A stretch of 36,822 nt of DNA, taken from assembly GCA_040380795.1 (NCBI GenBank), contig JBEIIN010000001.1, positions 1 to 36,822 on the forward strand, given 5' to 3'. The translations under genes and the position numbers were made by a program. The notes under the pieces were generated by a model. It was given only the letters and a program-made list of their open reading frames with translations, was not told the DNA's origin and ran no database searches. Positions 27,392 through 36,822 of this stretch are shown here, piece by piece. The number at the start of each line of letters is the position of its first letter. The stretch's first letter is position 1. The stretch is from Sediminibacterium sp. (GTDB lineage Bacteria > Bacteroidota > Bacteroidia > Chitinophagales > Chitinophagaceae).

Positions 27392-29770
27392 CTACTCACT
27401 CATCATTTCATTGATGATATTTATAATTTCCTCTGTATTCGGTTTAGAGAAATAATCTCCATCGCTACCAAAAGCAGGACGATGCGCTTTTGAACTGAGT
27501 GTGCGCGCAGCAACATCTAAACACCGGTAACCTCCGTGCTTTTCAATGACCTGTTGGTACATATAAGCACTTGCACCACCTGGCACATCTTCATCTACAA
27601 ATAAAATTCTATTGGTTTTCTTTAAAGAAGCCACTATTTGATGGTTGATATCAAAGGGTAATAAAGTTTGTACATCTATTATTTCACAATCAATGCCCAT
27701 AGTTAATAATCTAGCAGCAGCGTCTTCCACAATTCTTAAAGTGGAACCATAAGATACAATAGTTACGTCCTCCCCTGCTTTTAAAATTTCAGGTTTGCCT
27801 AAGGGCACTGTGAATGCAGTAATATTCGAAGGCATTTTTTCTTTTAAACGGTAGCCATTCAAACATTCAATTAATAAAGCAGGGTCATTGCCTTTTAATA
27901 AGGTATTATACATACCCACTGCTTGCACCATATTTCTTGGCACACAAACAAACATGCCTCTTAAAGCATTTACAATAACACCCATGGGTGAACCACTGTG
28001 AAATATACCTTCTAAACGGTGTCCTCTGGTTCTAATAATCACGGGACTACTTTGTATTCCATTGCTACGATAATGAATAGTGGCAATGTCATCACTCAAT
28101 GTTTGAAGCCCATATAATAAATAATCCAAATACTGTATTTCAGCAATAGGCCTTAAACCACGAAGTGCCATACCATGGGCCTGTCCCATTATAGATTGTT
28201 CTCTGATGCCTGTATCAAAAATTCTATCAATGCCATGTTTATTTTGAAGACCCGCAAAACCTTGATTCACATCTCCAATTCCACCCAGGTCTTCTCCAAA
28301 AGCATACACCTTAGGGTTTTCTTCAAATAATTTATCAAAATAATGATTCAAGACTTCATAGCCATTGATTGTTTGCGCTTCAGTTACATATTCGGCGTCC
28401 ACCACAGATACATTCAATGCGCTCTTAGGCCCTTCGTTGTATAAATGCTTACTATAAAAAGGGGCTTCTGCCTCATTGTATTTTGCTAAAAAAGATTGTA
28501 TTGCAGCCGCATTACTATGCGTTGGAATTTTTTCCAGTATTAAATTGACAGTTCTAAAAATATCTCTTTTTAATGGCTCTTTACTTTGTACTAATTCTTG
28601 TAATAAACTATTCGCAACATGTAAATCCGATTCGCTTAAACCTTGATGCACTAATGCAACTGCTTCTTTAATTTTTTCTTTAATAGGTAAAATATACTTT
28701 TCCCAGGCAGCTAATTTATCGGCACGCACTAATTGCTTTGCATCATTTTCTACTTCTTGCAATACTTCATCGGTAGCTAGTTCGTTGGCAATTAGCCATT
28801 CTCTCATTTGCTTATTGCAATCCCAGTTTCTTTCCCATTCTAATCTTTCTAGAGGCTTGTATCTTTCATGACTACCACTGGTAGAATGACCTTGCGGCTG
28901 CGTTAATTCTTGCACATGAAATACAACAGGGGTATGTGTCTCTCTTGTATAGCGAATACCTTCTTCAAAAGTTTCACATAAGGCAGCATAGTCCCAGCCC
29001 TTCACTGTATATATTTTTATACCGTTGGTATTTTTTTCTTTTTGAAAACCTTTCAATACTTCAGAAATAGAACCCTTGGTAGTTTGCAAAGCAATAGGTA
29101 CAGAAATACCATAACCATCATCATACACAAAAACAGCTAAGGGCACTTGTAAAACACCTGCTGCATTTATAGCTTCCCAAAAATGTCCTTCAGAAGTACT
29201 AGCATCACCAATGGTACAAAAACAAACTTCATTACCATTATTACTTAAATGTTGAAAGGCCTCTTTGTTTTTTGCATTTCTAAAACAATTAGAAGCAAAA
29301 GCCAAGCCTAGGCCACGCATCATTTGTCCTGCAGTAGGTGCAATATCTGCAGATACATTATAGCTTTGTGTTAATTCATTCCAATCCCCCTTTTCATTTA
29401 CAAAGGCTGTAGCGAAATGCGCGTTCATATTTTTACCGCCACTAAAGGGGTCGTTATAAACATCAGAATATAATTGTGAAAAATAGTTTTCGACATTGGC
29501 TACCCCAAGCGCAAACATAAATGTTTGATCTCTGTAATAACCGCTTCTAAAATCGCCTTTTTGAAAAAATTTAGAAAGTGCAATTTGTGCAACTTCTTTG
29601 CCATCTCCGAAAATGCCAAACTTGGCCTTGCCTGTTAAGACTTCTCTTCTTCCCAATAAGCTTACTTCCCTACTCATTATGGCCAATTTATAGTCGGCGA
29701 TAACGGAGTTCCGAAATGCCTCAAAAGAGAGCATGTCTTGGGCAGATACAGCTTCAAGGGTGGATTCCAT
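27392..29770 (-). CDS. Fused alpha/beta E1 subunit of a 2-oxoacid (probably branched-chain) dehydrogenase
   Basis: Motifs GKAKFGIFGDGKE, GYYRDQ, GDASTSEG (TPP), GHSTSGSHERYK, DTGIRE and AEIQYLDY. I prefer the start at 29770 because a -7 box lies just upstream. Confidence 0.93.
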   Translation of the reverse strand: MESTLEAVSAQDMLSFEAFRNSVIADYKLAIMSREVSLLGRREVLTGKAKFGIFGDGKEVAQIALSKFFQKGDFRSGYYRDQTFMFALGVANVENYFSQLYSDVYNDPFSGGKNMNAHFATAFVNEKGDWNELTQSYNVSADIAPTAGQMMRGLGLAFASNCFRNAKNKEAFQHLSNNGNEVCFCTIGDASTSEGHFWEAINAAGVLQVPLAVFVYDDGYGISVPIALQTTKGSISEVLKGFQKEKNTNGIKIYTVKGWDYAALCETFEEGIRYTRETHTPVVFHVQELTQPQGHSTSGSHERYKPLERLEWERNWDCNKQMREWLIANELATDEVLQEVENDAKQLVRADKLAAWEKYILPIKEKIKEAVALVHQGLSESDLHVANSLLQELVQSKEPLKRDIFRTVNLILEKIPTHSNAAAIQSFLAKYNEAEAPFYSKHLYNEGPKSALNVSVVDAEYVTEAQTINGYEVLNHYFDKLFEENPKVYAFGEDLGGIGDVNQGFAGLQNKHGIDRIFDTGIREQSIMGQAHGMALRGLRPIAEIQYLDYLLYGLQTLSDDIATIHYRSNGIQSSPVIIRTRGHRLEGIFHSGSPMGVIVNALRGMFVCVPRNMVQAVGMYNTLLKGNDPALLIECLNGYRLKEKMPSNITAFTVPLGKPEILKAGEDVTIVSYGSTLRIVEDAAARLLTMGIDCEIIDVQTLLPFDINHQIVASLKKTNRILFVDEDVPGGASAYMYQQVIEKHGGYRCLDVAARTLSSKAHRPAFGSDGDYFSKPNTEEIINIINEMMSE

Positions 29771-29774
29771 ACGA

Positions 29775-29782
29775 CAAAAATA
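29775..29782 (-). promoter_or_regulatory. -7 promoter box (TATTTTTG) 4 nt before the E1 ATG
   Basis: Exact TAnnTTTG match in a divergent intergenic region. Confidence 0.55.
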
Positions 29783-29914
29783 GGGGTCAGAATGCATAAA
29801 AAGTACATTCAGAACTAAAATCACCTAATTAGTGAAAATTCAATAAATTCGTAAGGCTATTTGGGCCAAAAAGCTGTAAAAATCAAACAAATAATTACCC
29901 TAAAACGATACCCT

Positions 29915-30277
29915 ATGAAAACCAGATTACTCATTCTAAGTTTACTATTTGCAGCCACTAGTTTTGGGCAATCAACCATCAAGTTCAATCAAACTAGCTA
30001 TAATTATGGCAAAATAAAAAAGGGGATACACAAGTCGGTTATTTTCAGCTATACCAATGCATCTGCGAAACCAGCCGTGATAGAATTTGCCACAGCAGAA
30101 TGCGGATGTACTCAACCAGAGTATAATCAAAGCCCTGTTTTGAAAGGACAGAAAGGAACCCTTAAAGTAACCTATACCGCACCTAATGAAGGTCTGTTTA
30201 AAAAAAGAGTCTCCGTTAAATTTGCAGGTGAAAAAGCAGTAACTGAATTAGTGATTGAAGGAGAAGTAGTTCAATAA
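29915..30277 (+). CDS. DUF1573 family exported Ig-like protein
   Basis: Signal peptide MKTRLLILSLLF; motifs YNYGKI, F.YTN, AECGCT and G.F.K.V.V. Confidence 0.88.
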   Translation: MKTRLLILSLLFAATSFGQSTIKFNQTSYNYGKIKKGIHKSVIFSYTNASAKPAVIEFATAECGCTQPEYNQSPVLKGQKGTLKVTYTAPNEGLFKKRVSVKFAGEKAVTELVIEGEVVQ

Positions 30278-30311
30278 GTAAATAAATATCTAAAAAGAAT
30301 ACTATTATACA

Positions 30312-31415
30312 TTAAATAGTAATTTTTCTTTTTCTGGCAACTACTTCCCACTGGTCCACTAGTTTATTATCATTTATAATAAGGGCTGTATCATATAAAG
30401 CCACAGTAGGGCATATATGTACAGGCACTCCATACCAAACATCTCCTACTTTATACTTATAGGCGTCTTGTACTTTTACCACTAAATGCTCCTCGCTTTG
30501 ACCCACAGGTTTAGCATCAGGTGCATTTAAAAAATGTACTCTTGGCATTGGATTCTCTGCTGCCACTGCTTTATGACCTAAATCGGTAGAAAGTGTATGC
30601 TCATCAATTATAGAAATAACTCTTGTAACCACTAATGCTGCAAATTCAAATGGTAAATCGGGGAAAAGATTTTTATAGCCCCAATCCCAAAAAACAAAAG
30701 TACCTGGACTTACTTGAATATCTTTTCTTTTAATATGCGCTGAAAAAGAACAAGAGCCGGCTACAATAAGCTCTAATTTACTAGAAGTAGTGGCTTCAAT
30801 ATTTTTTCTAAGTTGGTCCGCACTTTCAAATGCAGCATCGGCTTGCGCGTTTCTAGTACTTATATTGGTTTCTCTAATATGCCCATCGTAACAATGCAGC
30901 CCTATGATTTTAATGTTAGAAAGAGATGCAGCTTCTTTAAATAATGTGGTGGCTTTATCTGCTATAATACCGGAACGGTTCATGCCAATATTTATATCCA
31001 TATAAACATCTATTTTCAAACCTTCTTCTCCAAATAATTTTGAAATCGAAGTTGCTGTTTCAATATTATCTATTATGCAGGAAAATTTTGTTCCAGGAAA
31101 ACTTTTAACTAGCGTAACTAGCCTGTTTAATTTAGGGCCCATTAACTGGTGCGCAATTAATACATTATGCGCTTTCAATAGACCCAACATTTCTGCTTCT
31201 GCAATAGTGGCACACTTGTAATGACGAATACCTTCATCCATCATCATTTGACATACTTCGGCAATCTTATTGGTTTTTACATGGGGTCTTAACTGGTCTA
31301 CATTCCCCCCTACCATTTTAATAAGACTATCAATATTCTCTTTGGCTCTTGATGCATACACAATTAAGGAAGGAGAATCTATTTTTTCTATTGTATCTAT
31401 TTCGTACCAATGCAT
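30312..31415 (-). CDS. Fold-type III PLP enzyme of the D-threonine aldolase/D-serine dehydratase (DSD1) family
   Basis: Motifs LRPHVKTNK (PLP lysine), CATIAEAE, GMNRSG, YDGH, QSEEH and HICPTV (metal His/Cys). Confidence 0.9.
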   Translation of the reverse strand: MHWYEIDTIEKIDSPSLIVYASRAKENIDSLIKMVGGNVDQLRPHVKTNKIAEVCQMMMDEGIRHYKCATIAEAEMLGLLKAHNVLIAHQLMGPKLNRLVTLVKSFPGTKFSCIIDNIETATSISKLFGEEGLKIDVYMDINIGMNRSGIIADKATTLFKEAASLSNIKIIGLHCYDGHIRETNISTRNAQADAAFESADQLRKNIEATTSSKLELIVAGSCSFSAHIKRKDIQVSPGTFVFWDWGYKNLFPDLPFEFAALVVTRVISIIDEHTLSTDLGHKAVAAENPMPRVHFLNAPDAKPVGQSEEHLVVKVQDAYKYKVGDVWYGVPVHICPTVALYDTALIINDNKLVDQWEVVARKRKITI

Positions 31416-31425
31416 AAATACTATT

Positions 31426-31890
31426 TTAATTTAGTTCAAACATCGCTTCAATTTCTACTGGAATATTTCGAGGAAGTGAGCCCATACCTACCGCACTTCT
31501 TACACCCACTCCATTATCTGGCCCCCAAATAGCAGCAAATAATTCACTGCAACCATTAATAATATAAGGATGTTGTTCAAAATCGCTGGTGCAGCTTACC
31601 ATGCCTAATACTTTTATAACTCTTTTGATTTTATCAAGTGAACCTAAGTTTGCTTTTATAGTGGCTACAATGGCGAGTCCTACTTGTCTTGCAGCTAGCT
31701 TTCCTTCTTCCATGGTCATATTATCGCCCACTCTTCCAATAATTTGTGTGCCATTTTCATTAAATGGGCCATGTCCAGAAACATAACAATAACTACCATT
31801 GACTAATAAAGGCTTGTATACACCTTGTGGTTTTGGCGCTGGTGGTAAAACCAATCCTAATTTGGCAAAATTTTCTTCTGGAGTACTCAT
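31426..31890 (-). CDS. Rid (YjgF/YER057c/UK114) family protein
   Basis: Motifs LPPAPKPQGVY, YVSGHGP, INGCSEL and RSAVGMGSLPRNIPVEIE. Confidence 0.92.
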   Translation of the reverse strand: MSTPEENFAKLGLVLPPAPKPQGVYKPLLVNGSYCYVSGHGPFNENGTQIIGRVGDNMTMEEGKLAARQVGLAIVATIKANLGSLDKIKRVIKVLGMVSCTSDFEQHPYIINGCSELFAAIWGPDNGVGVRSAVGMGSLPRNIPVEIEAMFELN

Positions 31891-31905
31891 AATTGTATTT
31901 TTTAA

Positions 31906-33219
31906 TTAAATAAAATAGTTTAAAATAAAAACACCTGCTAAGCCTGCCACAGAAACAATCGTTTCCATAGTGCTCCAAGTTATTAAAGTTTCTTTGACCG
32001 TTAGGTTAAAGTATTCTTTAAACATCCAAAAACCTGGATCATTTACATGGGAGAAAAAAACACTACCCGCCCCTGTGGCAAGTACCATTAAACATGGATT
32101 CACTCCACTACTAGCAATTAAAGGCGCTACAATACCCGCTGTGGTTAAACCCGCCACAGTAGCAGAGCCAATACTTACTCTTAATATAGCTGCAATAAAC
32201 CAGGCTAAAAATAAAGGATGTAAGGATAAATTCGTCAATGGCTTTATAAGTTCAATGCTCATACCTGTATCTAATAATATTTGTTTCAAAGCCCCTGCCC
32301 CTGCAATAATAAGTAGAATGCTAGATACTTCTTTCACCGAATCCCCAATGGGGCCCATCATATTTTTAATAGTTTTACCTTGCGCTATACCTAATGTATA
32401 TAATGAAATTAAAAAAGAGATAAGCATGGCCACTGAGGGGTCGCCAATAATATGTATTATTTGGGTGGCTGTATTTTTCTCTGTTAGCGTTAAGCTAATA
32501 ATAGTATCTAAGCCAATTAATAGAACGGGTAAGAAAGCAGCCATTAAACTAGCGCCCATACTAGGCGACTCCTCATCTGCAATAGCTGCACTTGAAAAAA
32601 TAGCCAAAGGCTTGGTAGTATAATTTTTTAGAGTAACAGAAAAAATGGGGCCCGCAATGATAATAGTAGGAATAGCAATAATGACTCCATAAAAAAGTGT
32701 AAGGCCAATATTGGCATTAAATTGTTCTGCCAAAGCAACAGGAGATGGATGGGGTGGTAAAAAACCATGCGTAACAGATAATGCCGCTAAGGTAGGCAGG
32801 CCTAAATACACTGCAGGTAAATTATATCTTGCAGCAACTGTTATGACTAATGGAACTAATAAAACAAAGCCTACTCCGTAAAACAAAGGAATGCCTACAA
32901 TAAATGCTGTGAGTACCAAGGCCCACTGAATATATTTTGTGCCAAATAATTGAATTAAACCACTTGCAATTTTATTCGCAGCTCCACTATCTGCAATTAA
33001 TTTTCCTAGCATAGCTCCCACACATAAAATAATCATTAACGATCCCACCACATCACCAATACCTTTTTGAATAGAACTCATTAAAGGGCTAATACCCATA
33101 CCTTTTACTAAGCCCGTAATAATACATACAATTAAAAAAGAAATAAATGGATGTAGTTTAACTATAGTAATAAGTATTACTAGAGAAAAAACTGCGAATA
33201 ATAGCAATAAAAGTGTCAT
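31906..33219 (-). CDS. GntP-family sugar-acid:H+ symporter
   Basis: Motifs KLHPFISF, THGFLPPHPSP, GSATVAGLT and SHVNDPGFW. Confidence 0.94.
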   Translation of the reverse strand: MTLLLLLFAVFSLVILITIVKLHPFISFLIVCIITGLVKGMGISPLMSSIQKGIGDVVGSLMIILCVGAMLGKLIADSGAANKIASGLIQLFGTKYIQWALVLTAFIVGIPLFYGVGFVLLVPLVITVAARYNLPAVYLGLPTLAALSVTHGFLPPHPSPVALAEQFNANIGLTLFYGVIIAIPTIIIAGPIFSVTLKNYTTKPLAIFSSAAIADEESPSMGASLMAAFLPVLLIGLDTIISLTLTEKNTATQIIHIIGDPSVAMLISFLISLYTLGIAQGKTIKNMMGPIGDSVKEVSSILLIIAGAGALKQILLDTGMSIELIKPLTNLSLHPLFLAWFIAAILRVSIGSATVAGLTTAGIVAPLIASSGVNPCLMVLATGAGSVFFSHVNDPGFWMFKEYFNLTVKETLITWSTMETIVSVAGLAGVFILNYFI

Positions 33220-33261
33220 GAGTTAGTTATAACTTATCTCGAATGCAGAAAAGACTATTTT

Positions 33262-33942
33262 TTAAAGTGTTTTTATCATTACATTTTTAAAGTAAATAGG
33301 CGCCCCTGCATGCTTGCCCTGCAACCCTATGTATCCATGTAAACCCAAAGTAGACATAGGATTAGACAACCAAGACGGTATTTTTGTACCATCTGGATTT
33401 ATTGTACTAGAAGTATAATCGTCCATATTACATTCATTCACTAATGTACCATTCAATTCTATTTTAATATTTTTATCAATACATGTAATGGTATAATGAT
33501 TCCACTCACCTGGTCTTTTTAATCTTTTATTAGTAGCAGGCTTATGTCCGAAAACGGCGCCACATTGCCAGCTAGGATCGGCCTTACTCCACGGTGCAGA
33601 ATAATCATCGGCAATTTGTATTTCCACTGAATGTGGTATCCATTCTTTTATTTCTGTGGCGTGCACTATCACACCACTATTCGTTCCGTCGGCAGTTTGA
33701 AAATCTAAATCTAAAATAAAATTATCGTACATGTCTTTGCTCCAGATAGCTTCGTCTTTCGAGGCAGTTAATACCCCACTTGAATCCTTCCAAATAGTTG
33801 GATCAAATTGAGCAGACTCTAAGTTTTTTCCAAATAAACTTTTCCAACCTTTTTTATTTGTGTTGGGATAATTTGTTTGAGAAAATGATTGATTAGCAGA
33901 GAAGCAGCAAGCTGCAAGTAAAATGTAAATAAATACTTTCAT
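33262..33942 (-). CDS. DUF1080 (3-keto-glycoside hydrolase-like) exported protein
   Basis: Signal peptide; motifs GWKSLF, NSGV, EIQIAD, GEWNHY, G.IGLQ.H and FKNV.IK. Confidence 0.88.
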   Translation of the reverse strand: MKVFIYILLAACCFSANQSFSQTNYPNTNKKGWKSLFGKNLESAQFDPTIWKDSSGVLTASKDEAIWSKDMYDNFILDLDFQTADGTNSGVIVHATEIKEWIPHSVEIQIADDYSAPWSKADPSWQCGAVFGHKPATNKRLKRPGEWNHYTITCIDKNIKIELNGTLVNECNMDDYTSSTINPDGTKIPSWLSNPMSTLGLHGYIGLQGKHAGAPIYFKNVMIKTL

Positions 33943-34017
33943 AAATTAAAAATTTATTGAATTTACAACAAATTTTAATACGAAAAATTGATAAATTAGG
34001 GAACCAATTTAATAAAA

Positions 34018-34710
34018 CTATTTTATAGAACTCATGCCTCCGTCAATAGATAAAATTTGACCTGTCACCCAGCTAGACTTATCAGTTAATAAAAATTCTA
34101 CCGCATTGGCAATATCCAATGGTGTTCCTACTCTTTTAAGGGGATGCCTTTGCGCGTTGGCATCCATTTTTTGTTCCGAATTCAACAAACTAGCCGCTAG
34201 TGGCGTATTGGTTAAAGAAGGTGCAATGCAGTTTACTCGAATAGTGGGTGCTAACTCAGCAGCCAAAGCCTTGGTTAAACCCTCAATGGCTCCTTTAGAA
34301 CTTGCCACTAATGAATGAAAATTTAACCCTAATTGAACAGCTACTGTTGAAAACAAAACAATAGACCCATTTTTACTTTCTTTTAATTTTAGTAGGGCTG
34401 CTTGAATTACTTTAATAGCGCCTATTACTTGTAAGTTATAATCTTTTATAAAATCATCTGCGGGTATTCGATTGAAGGGTCTAAGGCTAATAGCACCTGG
34501 GCAATACACTATACCATCAATGGATGCAGGTAAAAAATCTAAATTGATACTTTCATCCAACACATTTAATGCATGATAATGGACACTACCTACTGATTCC
34601 ACTACATGTGAATTATATGTTGCATGTACTGTATGGCCTGCCGCCGCTAATTGATTCGTTACTTGTAAACCAATGCCAGAAGAACCTCCTACTACTAAGT
34701 ATGTTGCCAT
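34018..34710 (-). CDS. Short-chain dehydrogenase/reductase
   Basis: Motifs GGSSGIG, SKGAIEGLTKALAAE, RVNCIAP and VTGQILSIDGG. Confidence 0.92.
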   Translation of the reverse strand: MATYLVVGGSSGIGLQVTNQLAAAGHTVHATYNSHVVESVGSVHYHALNVLDESINLDFLPASIDGIVYCPGAISLRPFNRIPADDFIKDYNLQVIGAIKVIQAALLKLKESKNGSIVLFSTVAVQLGLNFHSLVASSKGAIEGLTKALAAELAPTIRVNCIAPSLTNTPLAASLLNSEQKMDANAQRHPLKRVGTPLDIANAVEFLLTDKSSWVTGQILSIDGGMSSIK

Positions 34711-34754
34711 AGAAATTTAAATTATAATTACTTATTGAAATTTATTATTCAGTA

Positions 34755-35348
34755 TTATTCTTTCCATTCAATAGGAATAGAAATTTCGTTTTTACGTCCA
34801 AAGAATTCAAAAGGTGCATTATAGCCTAAGAAATTAAAGCCACCCATAATTTTGATATTTTTCTTATTTAAAAGGGCTACTAATTTATCGGTATGCTCTT
34901 TAATTTTTTCATCATTGGCGTATCCACCAAAAGCAATCACAGCCTCATAGCTTTCTTTTGATTCTTTAATTTTTACAGTAGCATCCTTGGGCTTAGGCAA
35001 ATTGGAAGCATCGTATTTTTCAGGCATGACGAAACTCATGGCTGAGCCATTATCACTCATCTCCATTCTGACAGGAGCTGTCATGGCAATACTTTTACTT
35101 TGGTCATTGCCTCCAAAAATATAACCTGCTAATTTTCTGAAGCCGCTACTAGCCACTTGTTTATAATTTGTGCCATTAGATTGAATGGTAGCAAACATCG
35201 CTTTGGGATAAAAGCGAATCTCAAAGCCTTCTTCAATTTTAACCAGCCTGTACTTCTGCTTTTCAACTTTAGCAGCCGAAATGGTTCTAAATGATTGAAA
35301 TACAATAAAAACAAGGGCAAGTCCAATGACTAGGTATACTAATTTCAT
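34755..35348 (-). CDS. SOUL family heme-binding protein
   Basis: Motifs FEIRFY, GFRKLAGYIFGGN, IAMTAPV, MSFVMP and YNAP...RKNEI. Confidence 0.92.
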   Translation of the reverse strand: MKLVYLVIGLALVFIVFQSFRTISAAKVEKQKYRLVKIEEGFEIRFYPKAMFATIQSNGTNYKQVASSGFRKLAGYIFGGNDQSKSIAMTAPVRMEMSDNGSAMSFVMPEKYDASNLPKPKDATVKIKESKESYEAVIAFGGYANDEKIKEHTDKLVALLNKKNIKIMGGFNFLGYNAPFEFFGRKNEISIPIEWKE

Positions 35349-35420
35349 AATAATATGTTTACTATTAATAATAACATAGAAAGTTCAAAAAGGTTTGAAA
35401 TTGACTTACCCTGTATAAGC

Positions 35421-36822
35421 CTATTCTATATACTTCACTACGCGCGTTAATCTTCCATTCGCATTCATGCCCTCTAATACTATTTGTAGTTTCTTGCTAA
35501 TATCGTTATTGTAAAATTCAAGCCTTACTCTTGGACTTCTTTTATTGGTTAAGACATAGGGGTTCCAATATAAGGTAGTGCGATTATCTGCTTCAAAACT
35601 AGCTGTGGGTTTATCATACTCTGGACTAAAAAATTCCTTGAATACTGAATAACCTCCCAGGACCACATTTTCCATTCCTTTACTATTAATATTACCTCCT
35701 TTATTCGTGCTGCCTCTTTTGGTATAAATAGCAATCGCTCCTCCACTACCCCCGCTTCCACCAGATGAACCAAAGAAAGGAGGTCTTAGGGCTTTGATAA
35801 AGGCGATATCTAAAATATTCATACTCTGCACTTGTTGAATAGGTGTAAGCATCTCATTGACAAAAAAATCAGTATTGGATCCTCTCCAAGTGGCAGATGC
35901 TTGAGGTCCTACCGCTGAAATAATTAAACCAGCTACTCTTGATTGCAAAAAACTAAGTATATCCATAGATCCTAGCGCTAAGCCATCAGATGATAAATCA
36001 AAAGAAGTCCCATCTCTACCTGAAAAAAGTCCTGTTACATATTTTTCTTCCAATAATTGAACAGGCGTTTTAACCCTGGACTTCACTACTACTTCTGACA
36101 AAGTAATAGAAGCTAATAATTTTCTTTGCTTTTCTTGTTCTAAAAAAAATAAATTCAGCTTAGCCCTAGCCGTACTATCGGTGGTATAGGCTTGAAAGAC
36201 TAGTGGGTCTATTTGTATTTTACTTGATGTTGGTTTTATGAATCCATTTTCAAATTGAACCACTGTTCGATTTTCTGATGTTGACTTACCATTTATTGAA
36301 TAATAAATTCTGGAAGTATCATAGAAGAATACCGATTTATCTTCAAAGCTTCCATCTTTTTCAACGGGCACGAATAACATTTTCTTTGTGCTATCCTTTC
36401 CTTGTATAATTACATTTAATAAAATATTTTCAGCAGATTTTGTCAAAGCCCCAGCATATAATTTACCAGTTAGTTTCATTAACTCAGTTTCTCTAGGATA
36501 GTGTAAGGTAGGTAAAATGCCTGCCTTCATTTTTGCCCAATCAAACCTGCGCCATCCGTTGGTAAGCATGACTAAATCTAAATGGCCAGTGACAGTATCC
36601 GCATCGCTAGTAAAATAATAAGCAGGATTATATACTTTACCTTTAATATCATTACTTAAAAGAAAATCGGAATAAATAGTTTGTTGCTCAGGCATAACAA
36701 CAGAGGCATCGGTGATAGATATAGACATATTGGTGGCTGCTGTATCCTTTACAATAATTTCAAGCACATTTTTACCTCTTTTATTAATATTGGCAATACC
36801 TACATTCAAATTAGCATTAAAC
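35421..36822 (-). CDS. Large Bacteroidota protein with macroglobulin-like segments and a TonB-plug-like insert (5' partial)
   Basis: The frame is open to the right edge. Motifs DLVMLTNGWRRF, LSEVVV, LQSRVAGL, GGAIAIYTKRG and DNRTTLYWNP; no beta-barrel C-terminus. Confidence 0.7.
   Translation of the reverse strand, partial: FNANLNVGIANINKRGKNVLEIIVKDTAATNMSISITDASVVMPEQQTIYSDFLLSNDIKGKVYNPAYYFTSDADTVTGHLDLVMLTNGWRRFDWAKMKAGILPTLHYPRETELMKLTGKLYAGALTKSAENILLNVIIQGKDSTKKMLFVPVEKDGSFEDKSVFFYDTSRIYYSINGKSTSENRTVVQFENGFIKPTSSKIQIDPLVFQAYTTDSTARAKLNLFFLEQEKQRKLLASITLSEVVVKSRVKTPVQLLEEKYVTGLFSGRDGTSFDLSSDGLALGSMDILSFLQSRVAGLIISAVGPQASATWRGSNTDFFVNEMLTPIQQVQSMNILDIAFIKALRPPFFGSSGGSGGSGGAIAIYTKRGSTNKGGNINSKGMENVVLGGYSVFKEFFSPEYDKPTASFEADNRTTLYWNPYVLTNKRSPRVRLEFYNNDISKKLQIVLEGMNANGRLTRVVKYIE

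Noticed and set aside
27378-27394. TAGCTTAG-T-CTAAGCTA dyad between convergent genes
   Set aside because: Weak stem with no U-tract; it may aid termination but cannot be called.
1-36822. CRISPR arrays, tRNA/rRNA genes, transposases, integrases and defence systems
   Set aside because: None seen; intergenic gaps are short and lack regularly spaced repeats or cloverleaf motifs.

Overview
AT-rich chromosomal window from a Bacteroidota bacterium. This is supported by TAnnTTTG -7 promoter boxes, no obvious Shine-Dalgarno sites, GldL/GldM-type genes, a long SecA and a fused E1 alpha/beta; the gene content looks Chitinophagaceae-like, which is inference only. From about 4.2 kb to the end it is densely packed housekeeping and metabolic DNA: DUF3050, a beta-CASP nuclease, mlaE, maeB, an M20 amidohydrolase, deoC, secA, atpG, scpB, lysA, mlaF-like, a thioredoxin-like protein, mdh, GT9, transporters, yebC, a 2-oxoacid dehydrogenase E1, a DUF1080-gntP-rid-PLP enzyme cluster, an SDR, SOUL and a partial macroglobulin/plug-like protein. 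The first ~4.1 kb is visibly more AT-rich and holds the best candidate for a new system. It carries a divergent gldL-like/gldM-like (T9SS proton-motor) pair with no gldK upstream. The GldL-like subunit has an extra ~350-aa cytoplasmic domain. The pair is preceded by a membrane-bound AraC regulator and a stand-alone degenerate copy of its DNA-binding domain. The gldM-like gene is absent from the supplied ORF track and runs off the left edge. I saw no rRNA, tRNA, CRISPR array or transposase. All family calls come from motif recognition by eye, not from database searches.
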